DNA from: Octopus vulgaris
Lineage: Eukaryota
Length of the DNA: 64,000 nucleotides
NCBI GenBank assembly: GCA_951406725.2
Contig: OX597838.1
Coordinates: 27,466,001-27,530,000, forward strand
Direction of reading: 5' to 3'
The notes under the pieces are model-generated. The model was given only the letters and a program-made list of their open reading frames with translations. It ran no database searches and was not told the DNA's origin. Positions 54,580 to 64,000 of this stretch are shown here, one piece after another (position 1 is the stretch's first letter; the number at the start of each line of letters is the position of its first letter). Made by a program: the position numbers and the translations under genes.

Positions 54580-55204
54580 CACTGATGAAACACTGAAGAT
54601 GTGAAACTTACTGGAAACCTCATCTTTAATAGGTTGTCTCCCTTTATCTTTCTCTTTTCCCACCTGCCTGATTATCTGTCTGTCTGTCTGTCTCTTTTTT
54701 ACCTGTCGATATATTTTGTTGTTGCTGAGTCCCAGGTTTGCAATTAAAAGTAGAAAGGAAATGGGAAGTTAATTTCAGAAAATTATTCATGAATCGACGA
54801 GAGTTGGCAAGGTGTAAAAGGGGGGGAAAAGAAATTAAATCAAAACGAATGCTCATGGGACAGTAGTGTGATGCAAGAAGGATGTATGTCATTAATATTC
54901 ATGAGTATGTTAATGAAGCTTAGAGGATGAGTGGAAATATTAAATCAACTTTGTTCCGGAAGTTGTGCTTAAAAGACAAAAATGTCGGAGAATTAATTAG
55001 TAATGGGAAACAACCGAGGAATATTAGTGATTTAATGAAAGGATGTGAGTATATGTGAAAAAATATGTACAAACACATTGACAGACATCAATATACAAAG
55101 GACACGCACACATATAAGTGTGGAAATAGACAGTGTGACTATTAATAGATATGGAAGAAAAAGTATCTACAGAGAAAAGAATAAGGAGGAATGGGGTTAT
55201 ATAT

Positions 55205-55632
55205 ATCATCCGACGACAGGCACCCATGCCAACTCCCTTTGCTTGCGAAGACATGTTGGGGCAATCGAAATCGAATTGAACCAGCCAGGATCCCTGGTCT
55301 GGTGGTACGTAAAAAGCACTATCCGACTCGTGGCCGATGCCAGCGCCGCATCGACTGGCCTCCGTGCCAGTGGCACGTAAAATACACCAATCCGACCGTG
55401 GCCGTTGCCAGTCTCGCCTGGCACCTGTGCAGGTGGCACGTAAAAAGCACCCACTACACTCACGGAGTGGTTGGCGTTAGGAAGGGCATCCAGCTGTAGA
55501 AACATTGCCAGATAAGACTGGAGCCTGGTGCAGCCTTCTGGCTTCCCAGATCCCCGGTCGAACCGTCCAACCCATGCTAGCATGGAGAACGGACGTTAAA
55601 CGATGATGGTGATGATGATGATGATGATGATG
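55205..55632 (+). mobile_element. Family 3 element with an extended 5' region
   Basis: Three internal units, RTE-like segment and (GAT)n tail, plus about 90 nt of extra 5' sequence. Confidence 0.85.
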
Positions 55633-55759
55633 ATACATATATAATTGCATAAAAGCAAACATCTTTATGTCTGCACACACTGATGCAGTCTCGTATACAA
55701 CTGCACTCTAACACAAATGTGAAATAGAGGATTAAGCTTCAAATGTCTAAGTTTCCTAT

Positions 55760-56380
55760 ATTTTGTGTTGGCAAGAAGAAATTCATTCAGATAGTCTGTT
55801 AAAAGTGGGAGCCTTGGGAAAAAATTTCAAAGTTTTCTATTGTGCAGAGGTTGTAAGGTGAAATATGATTTACTTCAGATAAACACTTTTTATTTTGAGT
55901 TATACATTGTTTTTAGTTTCCATATCCCACATAAACTCTGAAATGTTATTCCTTCTTTGAGGGTTTCAAAACGTTTGCATATGCTTATTGAAATAGATTT
56001 AAGTTAGTTAGGAGTGTGTCTAATGTATGCCTTAGATGAGTTGTTGGTTTGTGCAGTTCACTAGTATATACATATTTAGACAGCCAATTGAAATTGATGA
56101 GCAAGTCTTGAGATTAATGTAATTGCAATTTTTAGGGGTTTGGTTAGTGATATGGTGATCCAGTTTCACTAGGTTGAAAGAGGCAAGGATCTGTGCAATT
56201 TTAGGTGTAGTAGATTAAGAAATTTTAATGGTATGGCTTTTCAAAATTTTATTATGCATAAGCTGTGGATGGGGAAGTATATTCTTAAATAATTCAAAGG
56301 AAGCTTTTGTTATTGGTATAACACCTGATAAAATAATAGTTGGATTATACCAACAAATGTTAAGAATTTTTATTATTGAG
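55760..56380 (-). pseudogene. Decayed Penelope-like element ORF: RT-EN linker and GIY-YIG endonuclease
   Basis: Minus translation NICWYNP...KILKSHTIKIS*STTPKIAQILASFN...KNCNYINLKTC...GCL, then with frameshifts KAYIRHT, FNKHMQTF, ISEFMW, YNLCTIENFEI, NRLSE*ISSCQHK; motif order matches PLE C-termini as I recall them. Confidence 0.75.
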
Positions 56381-56709
56381 TTAGTTACTGCTAAACCTAC
56401 AGCAGGATTCTACCAATTATTGAATGAAATGTTTGCTATATCTCTACCGCAAAACAGAATTTAACAAATTTATTTTAGCTTTTAAATTCTCTCATCCTAA
56501 CTCTGCTCTCGCTTTTTCCCTCTTTTTCATTGTGATTTGTTATATGTGTGCAAGTTTAAAACTTTATCCCTTTTGTTTGGTCAAATTCTACTTGAAGAGC
56601 AAAATACAATTTCAATTCTGTCAGCATTCCTGTTTATATATATATATATATTGTTTCAATCATTAGACTATGGCCATACACACACATTATATTTATATAT
56701 ATATATATA

Positions 56710-57004
56710 TATATATATAAAGCTGAAGTTGTATGTGTATGGCAGGTTTGGTAGCCTTCAACTAACACTATCTCCTCCGTTAACACCAAAATTTATTTAC
56801 ATAAAAAAGGTCCTTTTTTTTCTATGAAAATCCTTATTTTTTACGATTTTTTGACTGCTGTGTCACAATTTTTCGGTGTATTTTAACCAGAAAAATGTTC
56901 ACTTAAAGAGATTACAAGCTACATAATGCAAACTTTTTACTTTTCAAAAATTCCAATTCTAAAGGGTCGAAACAAACCCAAGCAACGCTGGGCGATACTG
57001 CTAG
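56710..57004 (+). mobile_element. Non-autonomous Helitron, 5' end merged into (TA)n
   Basis: TATATAAAGCTGAAGTTGT start; ends CAAACCCAAGCAACGCTGGGCGATACTGCTAG|T, like 10626-10657. Confidence 0.8.
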
Positions 57005-57011
57005 TGCATAA

Positions 57012-57048
<37 letters not shown>

Positions 57049-58599
57049 TATGCATACAATCACACGCACACACATTGTGTTTGTGTTTAAAGCTGTTTAT
57101 ATTCCACATCTGTGCAGTTTTCATGCATTAATTTCTAAATGCACCATTTCTTTTCGCTTTTTTTTTTTTTTTTTATTTTTGCTCTGAGAACAATACAGAG
57201 ATATCAACCGAATTAACGAAATTTCTACTAACACAGTAGTCAACAAGTCAGTCAGTTAACTAGCACATAATTTGTTAATTAATTAATTAATTAATTAACA
57301 CGCTGATTAGCCTGCTAACTAGTTTACCTGTTAGCTATTAAATAAGACAGGTAGTTAGTTATTATTTATTGAGTTAGATCACCTTGCAGATTAATCTTTT
57401 GCTAATACTCTCGCTGAGCTTCTGTATGTAGATATGAGTCTCATATTCTACTGCAAAACTGTACGGACAGAAGAAATATATTTTGTGGAAATGATATCTG
57501 TAACCTAATTTGGTTTGTGAATTCCGTAGCTCCTGATAGATTCAAAATCTCTTCTTTAGTTTTTTTTTTTTGTCATTCTGCCTAATACCAAAAATATTTC
57601 AATTTCTTCTACATTTATCACTCGCTATAACTTGGTGTATCTGTCTCTATAACCCATGTCTGTATGCATGTGTGTGTGTGTGTGTGCATGTGTATGTGCC
57701 TGTCTGTTGGTATGTATTTGTAGGTGTATGCTCACATAATGGATTTTACCATTTCTTTTTCCGATATGTCTTATTACAGGAAATTGCTCACGGTTTTAAT
57801 TTGTTTGTATCACAAAAAAAAAAAAAATGAGAAAAGAAGAGAAAAATCTGTCTCCAGTCAACCATTCGTATATTTTTGTTTTCCCTTCTGTTTTTTGTTA
57901 GTCTTTTTCTCTTCTTTCATCTGATGCTAATTTTGTTGTTGTTTTGGCTGATGGCTGTAGTAATATATATTTACTTAGTTTGTAATTATGTATGTATGTA
58001 CATACATATATATATATATATATATGTGTGTGTGTTTGTGTGTGTATATATATATATATAGATATATATTTGTGTGTGTTTGTGTATATATATATATAGA
58101 TATATATTTCTGTGTGTGCGTGTGTGTATATATATGTGTGCGTGTGTGTATATATATATGTCTGTGTATATGTATGCACATATATACGTGTTTGTCTCTG
58201 TGTTTGTGTGTGTGTATGTATGTATGTGTGTGTATATATATATATATATGTGATATTTCTCTGATTTCTAAATTTTATTTTTGATTTCTATGATTAATAG
58301 ATATAGGTATATAACAATTTATAGTTGAGGTTTGGTGTTTGTAGTAGTGTTTTGTAACAATAAGCAGGTGTAGACACAATTGACATGTTGGACTAATGCT
58401 TGGCCCTTCTTGTCTTCTAATTCTCAGACACCATTTATATTCTTGATGCTGTTAACACTTCCAGATTAAATGGTCCTGTCCAGATGTCAAAACCATAATG
58501 ATATCTGTTAGCCAGCAGAAGAGAGGATATATTCTTTTAATATACTTGTTTTCTTAGTTTATTTGTGTGTGTGTGTGTTTTGGTCATTGTGAAATTTTT

Positions 58600-58900
58600 A
58601 CCCCTTGTGTTCTTGTGATTTTGCATTGTCCTTTGTTGAAATTCTAGCTCTTGTAGGTTGAACTAGTGTTGGATCTTGTTTTATGGTGGTTTTATTGTGT
58701 GCCAATGTATACAAACACAACCATACATTGATATTGCATGGTTGTCTTCCTTTGAATTTCTAATTCTGGCAAGGGTTATACTTATTTGAGAGATTCTTGG
58801 TTATGGAGTTTATGTTGCATGTTTGTGTGTGTGTGTATTATATGCTCATGTGTTATTAATATATATAAAAATATTTTTTTTTGCCATTCAATTCTTGTCG
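58600..58900 (-). pseudogene. Second, more decayed Penelope-like GIY-YIG remnant
   Basis: Minus strand gives MQYQCMVVFVYIGTQ*NHHKTRSN, with NMQHKLHNQ upstream. Confidence 0.4.
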
Positions 58901-59043
58901 GTCCACTGCTGTATGAAGTCCTCAACATGTCATTCCTTGCTAACTGTAGGCTTACCTGTCTACTGTGGTCAATTGTTGGCTGAATCAGGTACTCTTATGG
59001 TTTGGTGTTTAGGCACTCTGGAATAATTAAATTCAGAGTTTGA

Positions 59044-59400
59044 CCCTGTAGCATTCAGATTACTCTCTGCTAAATGTAGTTTTTATTTATTCACATTATT
59101 CTGATTGTTTATTTTTAGAATGACTTTGTAGGTTGAATATTTGGGCCGGTTACGACTGGTTTAACCCTTTAGCATTTAAACTGGCCATATCCGGCCAGAA
59201 GTATTCTGCCTGTTTTATGTTCAAACTGACCAGATCTGGTCTCTCACACCAACCCTACAATATCGTTTTAAAAATTAACAGCTACCTCATCAAAATCTCA
59301 CAGCTACAAGATAATGCATGATTAGTTCAAAACAATGTGGATGAATAAGCATTAATTTTGGTGGAATAATGCAAACACTAAAGGGTTAAATGCTAAAGAG
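59044..59400. mobile_element. piggyBac MITE family A copy (59165-59385) nested in an older family A copy
   Basis: TTAA at 59161-59164 and 59386-59389; outer element resumes ATGCTAAAGAG. Confidence 0.8.
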
Positions 59401-59654
59401 TCAAAGAACAAGAGTATCTACCACAAGGCATCATATCCAGCACTTTGACAATTCCACAAATGCACCCTCCTCTTTCCAATCTGGTGCTTTATTTATCAAC
59501 CACTGAAGGTCAACCATACTAACATAAACTTTCTCTTTTTGAGTCTTATATACCTTGTTGTCTACAAATGAAAGTCACTCTCATTAAATATTAAACTGTT
59601 TTGTTCTGCTACAGTTAAGTGGATGTATAGTTCCCCGTAGTTAAAGAGTATTAA

Positions 59655-59874
59655 CCCTTTCGTTACTGTATTTATTTTGGGATACTCTGTGTTTCTTTCA
59701 TTTACTTTAAATATAACAAAGAATTTCGTAAAATAACTTGGTTATCATTAAGCTAGTGTTAGGAACATAAATTGTGACCAAGGTTCGGTGGAAGATTTTA
59801 ATTCAAAACTTATGAAAACAAGACATTTGTACTCAGAGCCAGAGCCGGTTTCAGCCGGGTTAGTAACGAAAGGG
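59655..59874. mobile_element. piggyBac-type MITE family B
   Basis: TTAA|CCCTTTCGTTACT ... AGTAACGAAAGGG|TTAA. Confidence 0.9.
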
Positions 59875-60050
59875 TTAAAAATTTCTTAGCGTTTTAGCGT
59901 TCCTCTCTTACATGATCATACGGGTCAAATGGGATTTATCGAGGCTGATTTTCTTTGGCATGATGTCCATCCTGTTGCCAAACCTCGAACTAATTTCAAA
60001 TTCAAATTGAGAGGTATTATTTTAAAAAATTTCAGTGAAGAGATACGATA

Positions 60051-60463
60051 GGCGCAGGAGTGGCTGTGTGGTAAGTAGCTTGCTTACCAACCACATGGTT
60101 CCGAGTTCAGTCCCACTGCGTGGCATCTTGGGCAAGTGTCTTCTGCTATAGCCCCAGGCCGACCAGTGCCTTGTGAGTGAATTTGGTAGACGGAAACTGA
60201 AAGAAGCCTGTCGTATATATGTATATATTTATTTATGTGTGTGTGTGTGTGTGTGTGTGTCTGTGTCTGTCCCTGTAGCATTGCTTGACAACCGATGCTG
60301 GTGTGTTTATGTCCCCGTCACTTAGCAGTTCGGCAAAAGAGACCATTAGAATAAGTACTGGGCTTACAAAGAATAAGTCCCGGGGTTGATTTGCTCGACT
60401 AAAGGCGGTGCTCCAGCATTGCCACAGTCAAATGACTGAAACAAGTAAAAGAGTAAAAGAGAG
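60051..60463 (+). mobile_element. SINE family 2, full length
   Basis: GGCGCAGGAGTGGCTGTGTGG start; GTAAAAGA-repeat tail. Confidence 0.9.
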
Positions 60464-60887
60464 AGATAGTTCTGCTCGTGGAAAGAAAGCAAATTCATGT
60501 TTTATAAGACCAAACATTCTTCGTGTTTTTTCAAGGATGTTTATAAAGGGAAATGACTCTCACTCACAATTGTCAGCCAATGTTGTTGAACAAATGGTTT
60601 AAAATATTTAAGCATGTGCAAACATTTCTATGTATGGCTAGAAATTTATAAAGGAGTTTGAGCAATCCCTGAGAACACTATTTTATTACAATTCTAAGAG
60701 GTAAATCAAACAAGGTCCATTTGAATGGTTTTACTGTTTTGGCAGAGCAAATTAATTTCCATTTAATGTTGTAATTTAAATTATTTTTAAGACTCCACAT
60801 ACATCTAGACAAACTCATAGCTATAAATTTGAGATGATTACAAACTGTGTATCTATGTTGAATATAAATTGTTTTGAATGAATTTCC

Positions 60888-61138
60888 AATTAATAGTTAT
60901 CGCCATACTAATATGGCAGTCTTATAAATATAAGACTAAAGCTGTCGCTGATTAGCTCCAAGAGGCCACCGCCTCAAGCTAGCTATTTGACACAAAATCT
61001 GCGTCCATTGGAGCTAATCAGAGACAGCTTTAGTCTTATATTTATAAGACTGCCATATTAGTATGGCGATAACTATTAATTTCAAGTAACGCTGCCTTAA
61101 TCTCCTTTAGAGAGACTTAGTAATTTTAATATTTCTAT
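60888..61138. mobile_element. Palindromic insertion (74-bp arms) with a one-sided extension, flanked by a 12-bp direct repeat
   Basis: 60888-60961 versus 61008-61081, one mismatch; AATTTCCAATTA at 60881-60892 and 61139-61150. Confidence 0.8.
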
Positions 61139-61214
61139 AATTTCCAATTAGTCCATTGTAAAACTTAGGTGTTTATATTTTAGTGATTTCACAGTATAAA
61201 TAATTTCTTTAGAT

Positions 61215-61400
61215 CAGAGGTTCTCAACCTTATTTTTTGCCTATGGGACCCCTCTGAATGCTATTTTACTATAACTATTCCGTATTTAAAGAATCCTATT
61301 ATATTTTTATAATTACATATTACATAGGAGCTGTATAGAAAATTTATTATAGAATTATAACCAATTTATTGCACATAAATTCTAACAACGAAATCTTGAG
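61215..61400. mobile_element. hAT (Charlie-like) MITE fragment
   Basis: CAGAGGTTCTCAACC terminus followed by GGGACCCC; second TIR not found. Confidence 0.5.
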
Positions 61401-61876
61401 ACGTACTGCTTTAGATGTATATCTGAGTTGAAGTGAATTCTCTTTTGGGTCTGTATTAATGTAGGATTCTAAATATTGGATAGATGAGGAGTGCTATGGT
61501 GTGCATCAGTTCATATTTACAAAGATTATGTAGAATTGAATGTAGTGAATGCAACACCCCAACCCCAGGCCACAGACCTTTGTTGTCAAGAAAAAAAAAA
61601 CAAGAGAGAAAAATGCCAAAAGTTGTGAAAAGAGAGTCTTGACAACTCCCCCAGCCATTCTCAGTGCAGAGAAGAAATATATAAACTATGCTATGGTGTG
61701 GCTGTGTGGTATGACGTATGCTTCCCAACCACATGGTTCTGGGTTCAGGCCCATTGTGTGGCACCTTAGACAAGTGTCTTCCTCTATAACCTTGGGCCAG
61801 TCAAAGCCTTGTGAGTGGATCTGGTTGATGGAAACAGAAAGAAATACATCAAGTATATATATATATATATATATAT

Positions 61877-62074
61877 CATCATCATCATCATCGTTTAACG
61901 TCCACTTTCCATGCTAGCATGGGTTGGACGGTTCAACTGGGGTCTGGGAAGCCTGAAGGCTGCACCAGGCCAGTCAGATCTGGCAGTGGTGCAGCCTTCG
62001 GGCTTCCCAGACCCCAGTTGAACCGTCCAACCCATGCTAGCATGGAAAGCGGACGTTAAACGATGATGATGATG
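61877..62074. mobile_element. Head-to-head palindrome of two 5'-truncated family 3 ends, inside a SINE-2 microsatellite
   Basis: (CAT)n...TGCACCA, 19-nt spacer, TGGTGCA...(GAT)n; two mismatches. Confidence 0.9.
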
Positions 62075-62082
62075 TATATATA

Positions 62083-62128
<46 letters not shown>

Positions 62129-62483
62129 ACTGTACACACACACACATATATATGTGTGTCTGTGTGTACATCTTTGTATCTGTGCTTGTCCCCTGCCACT
62201 GCTTGACAACTGGTGTTGGTGTGTTTATGTCCCCATAACTTAGCAGTTTGCCAAAAGAGACTGATAGAATAAATATCAATGACTGAAGCAAATAAGCAAT
62301 TAATGAGATGAGGACAATATCGCTTCGTTACGCTTGTTATATTTTCATTTTTGTTTTCCATACGTGCATACAGTAAATAGATTTTTTGTTGAAGCAATTA
62401 ACTCTCCATCGATATACCTTATCTATCACTACCTACCTTTACTATATAAAGTAAATTGCAAGCATCAGAATTTACCTGTATTC

Positions 62484-63322
62484 TTTTCTACTCTAGGCAC
62501 AAGGCCCGAAATTTTTTGGGAGGTGGGGGGGGGGGGCAGTCAATTAGATCAGCCTCAATATGCAACTGGTACTTAATTTATCGACTCTGAAAGGATGAAA
62601 GGTGAAGTCAACCTTGGTGGAATTTGAACTCAGAATATAAAGACAGATGAAATGCCGTTAAGCATTTCGCCCGGCGTGCCAACATTTATTTCTTTGTTGC
62701 CCACAAGAGGCTAAACATGGAGGGGACAAACGAGGACAGACAAAGGGATTAAGTCGATTACATTGACCCAAGTGCGTAAACTGGTACTTAATTTATCGAC
62801 TCTGAAAGGATGAAAGGTGAAGTCAACCTCGGTGGAATTTGAACTCCGAACATAAAGACAGACGAAATGCCGTTAAGCATTTCACCCGTCGTGCCAACAT
62901 TTCTTGTTTCTTTATTGCATACAAGGGGCTAAACATAGAGGGGACAAACAAGGACAGACAAAGATATTAAATCGATTACATTGACCCAAGTGCATAACTG
63001 GTACTTAATTTATTGACCCCGAAAGGATGAAAGGCATAATCGACCTCGGTGGAATTTGAACTCAGAATGTAATGTCAGACGAAATACCTATTTCTTTATT
63101 ACCCACAAGGGGCTAAACACAGAGGGGACAAACAAAGACAGACATAGGTATTAGGTCGATTACATTGACCCCCAGTGCGTAACTGGTACTTAATTTATTG
63201 ACCCCGAAAGGATGAAAGGCATAATCGACCTCAGCGGAATTTGAACTCAGAACGTAATGGCAGACGAAATACCACTAAGTATTTCGCCTGGTGTGCTAAC
63301 GTTCCTACCAGCTCGCTGCCTT
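62484..63322 (-). mobile_element. Tandem array of four family-1 SINEs
   Basis: Units at about 62484-62685, 62686-62900, 62905-63088 and 63089-63322; only the last has a complete head. Confidence 0.9.
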
Positions 63323-64000
63323 AGAACTAACCTGTATTAACTCCAGAATATTAATTCTGCTCATATGTACCATACTGTTTTGTGAGAAAGTGTAACATCT
63401 GATGCTGAATAATGTTACTACTCTATCTGTCTACTATGGAACTGTTGAATAGCTTGGTTGCACGACTTGCTAGAAATGTCAGCAAAACATCCCTTAAATC
63501 TCACACTGATGCTGTTTTGAAAAAGAAGAGCCTCGTGGGTAATGTAGTCTTTGTTTGAATTTCAGGTGGGATGGTCATATACTGGTACAGTCTTTGATTG
63601 GTAGATCTGCTTAATGAGACCTGGCCTGCATCTAAAAGGCATATTTCAAACCCTGTGTGTCCATGATGTGCATGCGTGTGTGCATTTGCATATATGTGTG
63701 TGTGTGTGTGTTGAAAGGACGATTTCTACTTCTTGACTGACAGGTTCAGAATGGAGAGAGTGAAATAGCAAAATGGGTTCCCATATACACACACACACGT
63801 GTACATGTATGTGTGTGTGTGTGTGGAGGGAGGGAGAGAGAGAGAGAGAGAGAGAAAGAAAGTCAACCATTCATTGAACATTCAGTGATAAATAACCATT
63901 CATCTTTACCTCCTCATTCACTAGTGTAGTAGTCACACATAACCATTGTTGCATCAGTTAATATTAAGCCCATAGCTTAGCTGTGTGCTTGTGTGTCTTT

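Overview
This is AT-rich eukaryotic DNA dense in repeats, and I found no credible host protein-coding exon. Almost every ORF in the track is a translated microsatellite or retroposon. The repeat families match what I recall of octopus (coleoid cephalopod) genomes; this is an inference and was not searched. The window looks like part of a very long intron or intergenic region. It holds two abundant tRNA-headed SINE families, an RTE-tailed non-autonomous element with internal tandem units, piggyBac, mariner and hAT MITEs, and two non-autonomous Helitrons. It also holds decayed Penelope-like (PLE) ORFs, short PLE ends with hammerhead-like folds, a zinc-knuckle ORF1 pseudogene, a BovB-like 3' end and several long palindromes. 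The best leads are: variable arrays of predicted H-type pseudoknots inside the RTE-tailed element; a polypyrimidine-TAG|GTAAGT candidate recursive splice site at 54573/54574; variant-core minimal hammerheads; an apparently ORF1-only retroelement; and SINE arrays that appear to insert into their own tails. Family names come from recall, coordinates were read by eye, and dispersed-repeat boundaries are approximate.
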